Of a DNA stretch of 64,000 nucleotides, positions 12,801 to 24,665 are shown in pieces. The stretch is from the NCBI GenBank assembly GCA_950097015.1, contig CATNEN010000024.1, positions 992,001-1,056,000 of the forward strand, in the 5' to 3' direction. Source of the DNA: Macrostomum hystrix (taxonomy: Eukaryota > Animalia > Platyhelminthes). The notes beneath the pieces are model-generated. The model saw only the letters and a list, made by a program, of their open reading frames with translations. It did no database searches and was not told the DNA's origin. The position numbers were made by a program, and so were the translations under genes. Within the stretch, counting starts at the first letter, position 1. Every line of letters starts with the position of its first letter.

Positions 12801-12842
12801 CAGGGACAACTAAAACCCTTTTAGTTGTTTTAGTTGTCCCTG
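12801..12842. mobile_element. 42-bp hAT-like micro-element with 15-bp TIRs and an 8-bp TSD
   Basis: CTTTGAAC | CAGGGACAACTAAAA ... TTTTAGTTGTCCCTG | CTTTGAAC: perfect TIR and perfect 8-bp direct flanks. Confidence 0.8.
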
Positions 12843-13191
12843 CTTTGAACTTCAGTTTGGTTTGTTATTCATAGTTCTGGAACTTCTGGCCATAGAAAAT
12901 AACGATTTATTGCACTAAATATTCTCTTACCAGCGACTTACTCAAAAACATTCGAATTTTTTTCAATTGAAAGTTTCAATCTGCATGTTATTTGGCTGTC
13001 AATTTCGGTAAGTGTTTCATGTTTGTTGCAAATACAATTATAAATTACATAATACATAATTATTAATTATTTTTCCACTATTTCTAAAATTATAGGACAA
13101 TTTTTTAGTGACTGTTAAATAGATTCAAATTTAGGCGCCTGCTCAAAGAAGTCAATTGCTCTGCGTTTAATAGAATATTTTTGTCGGTCAC

Positions 13192-13377
13192 ATGACGTGG
13201 CACAGCAGTCCAGCAGCGTTCTTGTTGGCGGTGATCGTGTTCCTTCTGGCCGTCTGTACTGTTGTTACGTCAACTGCTATGCTCGTAGCGGAGGGCTCAA
13301 CCGGTTTGGGCTACGTTGCTATCTGCTTTCTGAGTGTTGCATTGACCTGCTCTTGTTTTGTGTTCTTCACAAGATGA
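13192..13377 (+). CDS. Possible small two-helix membrane protein (61 aa)
   Basis: ATG-started ORF with two hydrophobic stretches, locally richer in GC than its flanks; no homology recognised. Confidence 0.3.
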   Translation: MTWHSSPAAFLLAVIVFLLAVCTVVTSTAMLVAEGSTGLGYVAICFLSVALTCSCFVFFTR

Positions 13378-13874
13378 CTCTTTATCTGTACTTTCATTAT
13401 TGTTTGCCGCCAACGAATTCGATTATCTATTGATGGCAATGTCAAGACAGTTTGATTACATGACAACTTTCCAGTTTGATAATTACCATTTGAAAACAGA
13501 TTACGCACTGAATGACTGGTAATGGAGCTGAGACATGTACTGAAAGGCTGGAAAGTTAAGCGTGAGCTTAATTTCAACAGTGGCTGAAATTAGGTGGAAA
13601 TCTCATTTAACTTCTATGATTTATGAGCCAGAAATTTGTTTGGCGCGATAGACTGAAGTGCGTTGCTAACAACAACAAAATTATCTATAAACGCATTGCC
13701 TATAAAAAGTTTGAATTTCAACTGGATTTTGTTTGAAATGTCCGCGGCTTGGCCACGGAAATAGCATGGCGATACCGGGGAAATCCATTTGGGCATTGAG
13801 TAAGTTGGTTATAGTCAGGCTGCATTGTGTTAATACTGCTCAAGATGCTCGAGAAAGCCAGAAAACGAGAGAAA

Positions 13875-14474
13875 ATGAATGCCTCATTCATTTCATTGTG
13901 TATAATTATACTCGCTTCTGTGCTTACGGGCAGCCTTGCAATTTCCATCGGCTGCCAATGGAGCCAGCAGAACGAATGTGCACCAGAAGAGTACGGCACA
14001 GAGTTGGGAGTCTGTGTGAAGTGCCCGGCCGAGTGCAACATTGGCAAGGATCCTCTGGACTCCGGTTTCTACCGGGAGCTCTGCGAGCTCCAGTGGAAGT
14101 GCGGGCACTGCGGCGCTCAGCCAGCTTCGCCCAGGCCAGCAGGTCAGCAGCCGGCGTTGGAGCCGAAGGAGCTTCGCAGTGCGCTGCGAAACGATGCCGA
14201 GCACACACAGGAGCAGAACGTGTCACACTGGCCGCTCTATGTGATTATCGGGCTTGCTATAACCTCAGTCGCAGCTGTGGTTGTAGCGGCCTCAGTGATG
14301 CGTTGTCGATTATCCAACAGCAGCCGGAAGCAGCAGAATGAGGTTAGCGTCGCTACTCTTAATAGCGGTCAGGGCGAGTTTGACGACAACGACGAGATTA
14401 TTCATAGCGAATCACAACATCGTCAGCAGAATTTTGTTGCACCGTTCGTTCCATTCAATGAGACTCAGCGATAA
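13875..14474 (+). CDS. Single-CRD TNF-receptor-like type I membrane protein (Grindelwald-like, ~199 aa)
   Basis: Signal peptide; Cys pattern C-x7-CAPEEY-x6-CxxCxxxC-x15-C-x5-C resembling the Grnd/TNFRSF13-type CRD; TM segment LYVIIGLAITSVAAVVVAASV then MRCR; no death domain. Confidence 0.7.
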   Translation: MNASFISLCIIILASVLTGSLAISIGCQWSQQNECAPEEYGTELGVCVKCPAECNIGKDPLDSGFYRELCELQWKCGHCGAQPASPRPAGQQPALEPKELRSALRNDAEHTQEQNVSHWPLYVIIGLAITSVAAVVVAASVMRCRLSNSSRKQQNEVSVATLNSGQGEFDDNDEIIHSESQHRQQNFVAPFVPFNETQR

Positions 14475-15043
14475 AGTAAACTTTATTCATCATTATTTAG
14501 GCCACATCCGAATTTTCTAGTGTACTAACATTTTCGTAAAAATACAGTATTATAGAATATAGTCAAAGCATGAAACAAATCAACGAAGAAAACTATACTT
14601 TCTATTCCTACGCTCGAAATCATCGCTATTTTTAACGCATGGAATTCCCGCGGGCAATCCATGCTGTGGTTGGCTGCTGCAACTGCTGGACATAGTGGTT
14701 AATAAAAAATGACTGTAAAGTAGTTTTCCTTGGTGAACGCGCGTACGGATCGTTTAGTAATATTTGGCTGAACGTGTTTTACAATAGCCTTCGTAATTTT
14801 CTTCGTCACATATACCTTATCTCATCTCTCATACACCATCTGCTATAGCGTCTGCACTGGAGCAGTTAGCGCCAAGACAAACTGAACGAATAGTACAATC
14901 AACCCACGTCAACGATCGTAAAGTCACCTGCGTGTTTCTTTTTGTTAACACAGAGCATTGCATAGACTTGGAATTTAATGACAAGGATGGTTTTTATTTT
15001 AGGTACTAAAATTACAGAGCATAATAGTACCTTATACTCAAAG

Positions 15044-16450
15044 TTAAGAGCATAAGCGTATTACATGTAGGTAGTCACGAAACGCCAGCAAAATTCGTGG
15101 CTCTTCAGATAGCTTCTGCCTGAGCTTGGCGAAGTACTCTAGCTTCTTGCTGATGGCCTCATTCTTTCGCTTGGTATTCTCCAGTTTTCGCCGCTTGGCT
15201 AGATCTCGCATGACGTTGACATCACGCGGAAGTGGTCCTCCATGCAGCAGCTTCTTGTCCTGAAGCAGCAGTTGCGCCTCAGGCGCTTTCACCAGGCGCT
15301 GGCTCTGCGGCGCGCTGATCTGCTTGGAGATGTCGGTCTCGTAGAAGAGGTTGAAAACCTGAGAGAAGTAAATTGCATCGTAGTCCACGCAGCGGTTTTT
15401 ATAGTTCCAGTAGAGCGGCTTGTCCGAGATGCTCTTGTAGAAGCATTCCATCGTGATGCCCAGTAACTCCTGAATAATGCTTGACATTATAATGCGCTGA
15501 TGGGGCGCCACTGTCTGCAGGCCGGAGAAGATATTGGTGCCCGCCTCAAGGACCCAGAGTTTGTTGCGAGAGTCAATGATAGAATCAATAGACACGTGCT
15601 GGAATGTGCCCGGATAGTCTTGGATTGCCTGCATGTAGTCCATGATGCTCTGGGCAAAATGATGCATCTGCATGTAAATCGACGTGGAGTTCGGGCAATT
15701 TTTGGGTAGGATGTCCTCTATGAAAAACACATTATCGTCGCTAATGTCCAATATGCTAAGCAGTGCCGGTTTAAATATCCTGTTTCAGCCTGGCGACCTT
15801 CTCCTACCGCCCGTAATTAGCAATGTGCCTCAGCCGGCAGAACTTCTCGTCGAGAACGCGGCCCAGAGTTCGTTGTTCTATTGGTACGGTCTCAATCGGT
15901 CTCATACGGTCTCGCCATCGACCTCGGCGGACGGGAATTCCTCGCGAGAAATTTACTGGTAGGGCCAAAAGCAGAAGATGGCTCAGCCGTAGTGGATAAA
16001 GCCGACGACGCGACGTCTTGGCAGCACAATGATCAGCAGGAAGAAGCGGATGGTAAAATTTGTAATTGTCAAACAACCTGGGACACTCAACATATCGTTG
16101 CAGAATCATGCCATGCCTATTAGTAGCCTTGCCGTCCAAGACGTGATAAAATTATTCAAACTGTTCCTATGATGTTTATGCCGCGGCCGTTGCACATATA
16201 GGCTGGCTTGGTGATAAAGATGCAGCCCACAGGTCTTCATAGTTTTGGAAACGTTCAGAAAAAGTTCCCATTGTTGCGTAAGAATGAATTGTAATCGTCT
16301 CAGGTATGAAAGCGTATATGCTCGCATAAATGCAACTGATAGTTTGGACAGTACATTGTAAGGCTTAAGTGAGAGGGACATGTTCTGATGACATTGTAAC
16401 CGCTACATAGTTCCTCAGTGAGGAAATTAGACTTGCAAGACAGCGCCCGA
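15044..16450 (-). pseudogene. Tubulin-tyrosine-ligase-like (TTLL) ATP-grasp gene with multiple frameshifts and stops; may extend to ~17330
   Basis: TTLL-like motifs occur in order but in different frames: FIPET; IFITKPAYMCNGRGINII; ILQRYVECPRLFDNYKF then TIRFFLL; RHIANYG; GTFQHVSIDSIIDSRNKLWVLE. Several internal stops. Confidence 0.75.
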
Positions 16451-17764
16451 CTCATAAACTAATCCCTAAGCATGAAGTAAAAAGTATCTTTATCTCTAAA
16501 GAAAGCTAAAGCTAGACGATCTATTACGTAGAAGTCCTCATCAACAGAGCGGGAGGGTACCAGATAAACCTTGGACGGATCGTTAATGATGCAGAGCTAG
16601 CTTAGCATCTTTTTAGTTAAGTTGGGCCCCAGCCAGAGCTATTTGAGAATTACTCATAGGAGTCAAATCACTGTCCAACATAAGTTATTCTTTGATTCAT
16701 GGTTCCATTTGAGCATCTTGTATGCGACTGCTGCATGCATACTGGTTTTCTTCACAGGGCTGAAGTTGGACCAGATTCCGCCAGCCCGTGCTGTTAGACG
16801 CACTGGAAACGTTTGATCAGTGTGTCCTTTCATATTATATCAAATTTAGCCTTGAGTTTATTGCGGGTTTCGTGCTAATACGAGCATAACGCATTTACCA
16901 GAGGGTTACATGCATTTTGCAACCTCAAATTAAATAGAACAGGGCCGGCAAAAGTTTCATGTCACAATGTGACATGAGTCGGATCTGAGATAAAAAAAGC
17001 CAAAACGATACGATATGGGTACGATATACCTTGTCCAGATCTATAATCGAGTAGCTCTTGTTGATCTAATGGAAAAAGCGCGTACGCAGATTGACTGAAC
17101 TGTCGCTCGACAATGTCCATTTCGCTTTTATAAAGATGGTTGCTAGATGACCGAACCCATATGCAGTCGTCTACTAAAGCAGTCGATCTCTCAGAGTTAC
17201 TAGCAGTCGTTCAATAAAAATTTCCTCGCGAGTTATTTCAGACACTGCCGCATAGGGCATGTCAATAAGAGTTGGGCTCATATAAGGCTCGATTAAAGAT
17301 ACCATCTCTTTGAAACTCGCTCATTTTTATTTTTTTAAACTCTAGTATTTTTAACCTTCCAACCCACACTTTCGGTTTCGCTTCTTATACTGTAGCTTAT
17401 TTTCTAGAACCGTGCAGGAATGACCTTGTATAATATGGTCAAAGGACAATGCTATTCCTGCATGCTATTCCTCGTGCGTCTATCGAGAAATTATTCGAGG
17501 AATATAAAAAATATTTTTTTGCCACTCGAGGAATCAACATCGCTTGGGAGACATGTCCTATCGAGATTCTGGCTGACCGCTTATGTTTGCTTTTTGCTTT
17601 GATTTCTTGGATTTGGATTTTCCTTGCAGTCCTTGGATTTTCACAGCATAATTTGGCACCGCTGAATTCGGGCCATAGACATTTGCTTCAAACTATGCAG
17701 ATTTCAAGTCTAAATAAAGAAATAATTAGGGGTCGTATACCATAAAGCTTTATGTAAGATAAGT

Positions 17765-17890
17765 TGGATCATAGCTCGGACTTCTGACTGAAAGGGCGGG
17801 AGTTCGATTTCACTCCAATGGAAACAATCTGTGTCCTTAAGCAAGACACTTTACTGCCCATTACTTGAGTTCACCTGAGAGTTACTTGAG
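17765..17890 (+). mobile_element. SINE family B (tRNA head plus CORE-like body)
   Basis: B-box GAGTTCGATT followed by TGTGTCCTTAAGCAAGACACTTTAC, which resembles the CORE-SINE GTGTCCTTGRGCAAGRCACTTAAC motif. Confidence 0.55.
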
Positions 17891-18703
17891 ATGGATCAGA
17901 AGGCACGCTAGCTGAAATTTTTAGGCTGGCTGAAGTTAGTAAAAAATTAACTTTAAAGGCATTAGGAAGTAGCTTTAGCTGAAAACGCCAGAATATAAAT
18001 ATTATTTCTTAGTGACAGAACTTGGAAAAAAAACAACTCGCGTTGAATCGGAAAAGCATGGTCTCTCTAATTTCAATGTATATTTTAGCATATAGGATGA
18101 GTAGATAAAAGTGAACTAAAAACGTGCTCAAAATCATACACAAAATGGGACAAAAAAGTCTGCAAAAAAGCAGCTTTCCCGGTAAATATATTTTACTCCT
18201 TCGTAACTAATGACGCGCTAAGATTAAACGATTGTTGAAATCAAAATAGAAAATCGATAATGAGGAGGCGAGTTTTCAATCAATACAATGGTTGCTTCTA
18301 GTCCACAGTCAAATCTTACCTAAATCAAACAAAATAAAATCAACCAGAATACGAGCATATTCGCAAAGAAATTCTCGCCTAGAAGTAGCCATTTTTTTGT
18401 TTCATTGTTCATTAAAATGTTCTATTGCAATTAGGCGCACTGATACTGGTCCAGATATTACTGATTGGCAAAAATCAGCAGAACAAAAACTATTTTTCTA
18501 TTCTAGTTACAAGATAAACCAGCATGTCCACGGACTGAACGGGTAGACAGTCATTGGAAGCACCGTGCAATAGCAACAGCTGGGTAGACTGGCTGTCTAT
18601 CTGCTATGGGGATTTCGCTAACCTGGCAGACACGGAAATGTGTCAACTTTAGTGCAAGCCTTCGATTGTGCCGCAAGTCAGTACGTCAGAGTATAATAAG
18701 CTA

Positions 18704-21162
18704 CTACTGGTCCATGCGCTTAAAGCCGTGCTCCTCAGGCCGGACCAGGTGCTTATGCACGCACCTAATGAGGTGATCCAATTGACTGCGCAGCTGGTCC
18801 GGTCCGCCGGCATCCGAGCCGACAATCTCCGAGTACCATTTGAGCTTGGGCTCGGTGCCGCTAGTGCGCAATGTGACGGTGGCCGTTGGGCCGTCACTGA
18901 CGCCACTGGGCCGGCAGACAATGGTGAGCATCTCGCCGCCAGCGTTAGACGGAAAGATGCAACGCTTATCTGGCCGGGCGGCGTCGTAGCCGCGTGTCAC
19001 GTCGCGAACCGACGCAATGTCGTAAGCAATCTTATCAGCGGCCTCAGCGTCTAACAGTTCAGTTGGATAAGCCGGCTCTCTCAGCCTGGCAAACATGGCT
19101 CTAGTTTGAGCAGGATCGTGAGCAAAGAAATAGCCATTGTTAGTGACGTGCCAACCGTACTCATTGTAGATTTCCGTCAGCTTGCCAGCCAGGGTTTTGC
19201 CCTCGGAGTAGACGCGATTTACCTGTATGATAATTTTTGGCCTTGCTTTTAGTGGCTTTGAAATAATAAATAAATATTTCGAAAGGTAATCGACAAGAGC
19301 TATGTACTCATCATTTTCTAGTACATTTTAGCTGTATTTTCTAGAACATATCAAAGGTAAAAAAACTGCTCAAGTGCTCAAGTGCTCACTAATTCAGCGC
19401 AGGCGGCGGCCGCACTGACGCCGTCCTTGTCCAACACGGCCGAGCCGCACATGAAGCCGATGGCCTCTTCAAAGGCGAACACAACCCTACCGCCGGAGCC
19501 AAGCAGGCGGTGAGCTTCGTTGCCCATAAATTTAAAGCCGGTGAGAGTCTCGTGCACCTGGGCGCCCTCCTTGCTAGCCAGGGCGGCCATGATTCTGGAC
19601 GACACTGTGCTGTATAGCACGTGACGCGACTCCGCGGACACATCCGGGTGGCGACGCTTGAAATTAGTGAGGCACCACCAGCCTAGAAGGGCGGCAGTCT
19701 CGTTGCCCGTAAAGATGCGCCATGGCCTGTACGGGAACAGAGGTACAGAGGCCTGTGATATGGTGGGAAGATGTAGCTAGAATGCCAAAATAAGTCGTCG
19801 TACCTTGGAGCAATCGCACTGGCGTCGACCACTTCGGCAACAGCAAGTCGGTCGGCGTCCGGATCGTTGGCCAGGATGACCGGACAGCCCTCTCGGTCGG
19901 CTAGGCGGCAGGCCAAGTCGAGGCAGCTGCGACCCTCCTCGGGATTTGGGAAACGAACAGTGGGAAACTCAGGATCTGGCCAGGCCTGCTCAGGCACGGG
20001 AATGAGGAACTGCTCGGGGAAGCCGAAGCTGGACATCAGGCTGGTGACGAAGCGGGTGCCCACGCCGTGCATGGCGGTGTACACAACTCGAACCGGACAG
20101 GCCGCATTCACCTGGGCACCATTGCTGCACAGCTGCTCAGTTTGAGCTTGGTAATAGGCGGCCTGCAGCTCTGCTAGGGGATCGAGTACCCGCTCTCCGT
20201 CATGCTTCAGCTGCCGGGTGGGAATGGAATTCTAATAAGATCCAGGAACTTTTGTTTTATTGCAAAAATATTTTTTAAAAAAAACCGCCTTTTAGAGATT
20301 CTACAACGCACTGGAGACACTAAAATTGCCAACTCACATCCTCAAAATCGTAGGAGAACTCCCAAGGCTGCAGGTTGGCCAAGATGGCGTCCGCAATGCC
20401 CCGATCGTGCGGCGACACAATTTGCGCCCCATTGTCCCAATAGACTTTGTAGCCGTTATCTTCTTTGGGATTATGCGAGGCTGTTACCATGACGCCGGCG
20501 GCGGCGCCCAGGCGTCGAATGGCGAAGGGCACGAACGGTGTCGGCGTGACGGATGAGTACAGATAGACCTGATTAGGGACCACATTTTTCAATGATTTTT
20601 CAATTAAGGATAAAGCTATCTACATAGTTCATAGCAATAAGCTCAACACACCTTAACGCCCTGACGACGAAAAATGTTAGCTGTGAGGCGCGCCCAGCGA
20701 TCCGAATGATGCCTGCCATCGAAGCCGACAACCACACTGCGGCTGGTCAGGTCCGGAAACTGCGCCTATGGGCGGTGTTATTTACTAGGCAAAGTTAATT
20801 TCATCTGTCGAAAAGCCATAATTTCTGACTAAGAGTCAATTAGACTGAGAATCTTTCTGCACTACCCACAGTAGTATTAGGAGAAAATGCTATACATTTC
20901 ATTTATTGTGTTGAATTCATACCTGCATATACCGGCAGAGTCCCTGGCAGGTCTGCACAAGCGTCAGGTCGTTCATGCAGGCGAATCCGGCACCAATGCG
21001 AGCACGCAGGCCGGCGGTGCCGAATTCCATGCGGCCAAGGAGCCGCTTAGCCAGATCAGCTGGCTGGCCAGTCTCAGCCAGGCTAGATAGCTCATTGCGG
21101 AATGTGACATTCTGCTCCAATCGCATGTACTCATCATAGGTTGACTTTAGCTTGCTGTCCAT
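18704..21162 (-). CDS. PGM2: Phosphoglucomutase-2 / phosphopentomutase, 6 exons: 21162-20923, 20765-20652, 20568-20338, 20210-19804, 19726-19390, 19222-18704 (~615 aa)
   Basis: Motifs FGTAGLR, TASHNP (phospho-Ser), DPDADR (metal) and FEEAIG; all junctions are GT-AG with consistent phases. Confidence 0.95.
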
Positions 21163-21225
21163 GGTTTAGCTTGCTTAATTAATTTTTTTGTTTAAGTGTA
21201 AAATTGGCTGTAAGACAAATTGAAT

Positions 21226-21410
21226 AACATATGGATAGAGTTGCAATTGACGATTTTGACTATGCATCAAGTCTTTAAAAAGTCCAGCAATTTGTAGCCA
21301 CTTGAACAACTTGATTTCATGCTGGAGAATATGCTCTGGAGAATCAGAGCTGGCTTGCTCACTAATGATGATCTGAACCTATTGCAACAGTTGGATTTCT
21401 AATTTGTCAC
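21226..21410 (+). mobile_element. Short Pif1-like helicase remnant (Helitron-type), with an internal stop
   Basis: Translation IWIELQLTILTMHQVFKKSSNL*PLEQLDFMLENMLWRIRAGLLTNDDLNLL resembles Pif1 motif IV and the following helix (LTQVxRQ...F..LL.RIR.G..T.DD..LL). Confidence 0.3.
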
Positions 21411-23119
21411 ACTTAATGCAACCTTAAACAAAACAGACATTTGTAGCGAAGTCAGACATTTTAATTTAAATTCTAGTATCTAGTTTTAATTATAAAAAAC
21501 TATAATTGATTGAAAATTGAAAATTTGTTTTTTCATTTTCATTGTAAATTCACCCATACAAAAAAGTAATCCCTTAGATGTATCATGTTATCTCACTTAG
21601 TGCGGTTATCCAAGCTGCTAGCTAGTACTGTTCATGTGTTAATTGGAAAAGGTAGTGTTTCTTTTTAATATTTTCTTAACAACTTACAAACAGGAACAAA
21701 AATCTTATCTACATTTTATATATTCAACTTGAGTATCAAAGCAAAAAGACATGAAAACAAAAAAACAAATGAACAAAAAAAGAAAATATACATTAATAGA
21801 TTAAAGTAGAGAAATAAAAAATAGGACTTAAAAAGAAACTTGTCAGATTTAGTCAACAAAAGGTGTACATAGAAGTAATGTAAATTAGAATATTTCAGTG
21901 AAGTATGTGAATTAGAGATAGAGAATTCGGTCAAAATGGTTTATAACGTACATAGAGAACACAAAGCAACGTCTAATGAAATCAGAAAACTGAAAATTAG
22001 TGCAGTGCAGTACAAAGTAAGAACTGACTCGAATAATGAATTCGCATATTTTTCAGTACTTTAATAATTTTTTAACATAAAATGCATCTAAACTAGCAAA
22101 CAATAAATGACAGTAGAATTAAAAGAAACAATATATATAATAACTTCCTTTTCAAAACTCCCTTGACAGCACAGCTGCAGCACAGCTTAAACTGCACAGC
22201 TTCTGCGTATGACAAACCTTTCACGGAATTTTTATAAGTTAAAAAACCGCTGGAATTAAATAAAAGCAAATAAGTTTAACAAAAAGGACAGATTAAAACA
22301 CTAGATAAAGGGCGTCGTACTAAATTTATTTCTGCATTGAATATCAATGTGTAAAGTATATTTGTACTTTTTAGTTTTTTTGCAATTCAAGGTATTTTTT
22401 ACGCTGTGGCGTCATTAGAGATTCGTAGATTGGTCTTGGTGTATCATGGTGTACATAGCGTTTTTGATGCATTATCCACAGTGCTCCTGCTATAGGCCCA
22501 ACCTGCCATAAGCGGTTCATGGTCAAATACTTGTTTCAGAATTATCTACTTTACTTCAAGGACAACAATAGAACACAGTGTTCTGTGTTTCTGAACACTT
22601 ACGACTTACCCGGACCAGGTGTTTGGAATTGGGTGTCGACAAATACACTAAAAAATTCCCTTTTCGACCTAGTTTTAATGTTGAGCTATTTTCTAAATAT
22701 TTTACATGACAATAAGCTCATTTGCTTGTTTGCTTTTTGCTATTATTGATGCTCAAATGGTTAGCTTGGCTTATTGCTTAGGCCTATTAGGAATTTTATT
22801 AGGCCTATCATTCATATTCTAAAACATAAAAGAGTGGCCCTTGCAAATTACTTCTGCCCATGCCCAGCTGGTTAATTAGCATCAGCAATAAGCTTCTGTT
22901 GTGCTGTATAGTTTTGTTTTTATATTTTTTTACTCTTTATATGTTATATGTATGTATGGGAGGCCTCTCTTTAATATTAATTTAAAATCTGTCTCAAGTA
23001 TATATGTGACAATGTTCAACTTCCGATCGTTATATTATTTTTTGTTTGCAAACAACAGATAATGACAAAAAACTAGTTTAAAGGTAATAAAAGTCTGTAG
23101 TTTGGTCAGACAGTTCTGA

Positions 23120-23310
23120 AAAGTCTTGGTCAGTCTTTCTTTTTTCAAACCGGGTAAGTGCCTGATCCAGTAGAGGAGGGCACCGAAGCTATTCTTGGGG
23201 TATAGACGGTGCCATAAGAATTCTTTGAGGTGGCTTTCAAATAGAGCAGCACTCGTGCCATGCATTTGACGCAGCTTGTGCTTGGCAAAATCTTCAGCTG
23301 CAGAATTTCT
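23120..23310 (-). mobile_element. Merlin/IS1595-family transposase C-terminal remnant
   Basis: AKHKLRQMHGTSAALFESHLKEFLWH...FGALLYWI matches the ISXO2/Merlin C-terminal pattern (K..L...HGTS...F.SYL.EF.WR). Confidence 0.6.
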
Positions 23311-24665
23311 GTGCCTTAGCTTCCTGTTCCCCCATATTTGCCAGATTTTGCCATAGACATAGATCCAAATGTTAGTCATGGCAAAGCCACGTCAGCACAA
23401 CTTTTTCAAACTCAGCATGCATGTGTGGCACGAATTCAAACGAAAGAAATAATATATAACAAATAGAAGTAGACCATTGCCATATATGTATATGTATGGT
23501 ATTCACCTATGCCAACTCAATGATTTCAATGTACTGGTGCAAATTGCCTGAAAACAAATCTCTATGTAGCGTATATTGACTATGTCCGAGCGGCAAGACA
23601 CTCCAATTATTATCCTCTAACCATTGGCAATCTGTTCAAGCCTTTAAGGCTCCCAATAGATAAAAATTGCCCAGTCTCCATGCACGTATAGAACTCACTC
23701 TGGAATTTCCTTTCTTATTTTGGATTTTATCCTCTGCTTCAATCTGGTTATTAACCTTCCTTTCTTTATTCAATCTGACTCTTAGTGTATGACTTTGTTC
23801 AATCAACCTTCAACTCTGAGAAATAATCAACACAGAACTCAATTTCAATCTGATTTATTACACAACTATTATTCAGGGGCCTTTTGGCCAAAATGTCAAG
23901 GTCTGCCTTTTTTGCCTCCGTGAGCAGTTATATTTATATTCCCCATCCCCACAAGGGAGAGGGGAGAACATTAAACACTTTAAACAAACCCTTCAAGAAA
24001 ATAAAAGTTTTGGTGGGAATTTGTTTTAGAAATTTATATGGTATTAAAATGGGTCTGCCTCATATGCATATTATTTTAAATTTAGGAGCTCCTAGGAATC
24101 TTAAAAGTTAGAAATAGGCCCTAGGAGCTCCAGATCCACATATTATTAGCTATCTGATTTGCCTTAGTTTAGTTATGCTTAGCTATATAGACCTTAATCT
24201 AAATAAAGTATTAATCAAATACTTTTCTGAACAAAAATAAAATTTTATACAATAGAAGTCTTCTAAAAGTTAAGTGACTAACTATTGCAAGCTATAATAA
24301 AGGGTCTTTTTGAGTGAGGATAGCCCATAGCCATTGGCCATAACTATAAATAAGAATATAATTGTTGGTTAATGACAGCAAAATGGCTTGGTAGTCCTAC
24401 TGTAAAACAGATCATAGCAATGATCATGCATGTTATAAAGTATTGACCTTTAGTTTATTAAGAAACTTCAGAAGTTAGTATTGTATATAAATATTATTAT
24501 ATATTTCCATAACATGCATTATGGCTCTATTAAAAATATTTTTCGTACAATTGGCATTCATCTAAGAGTTCTCAATAACCAAGTGAATCTACTGATTTAT
24601 TAGAAAAAATGTGTGCATCCAAAATGTACAAACAACAAAATAAAATTACCCTATTTAAATTATAG

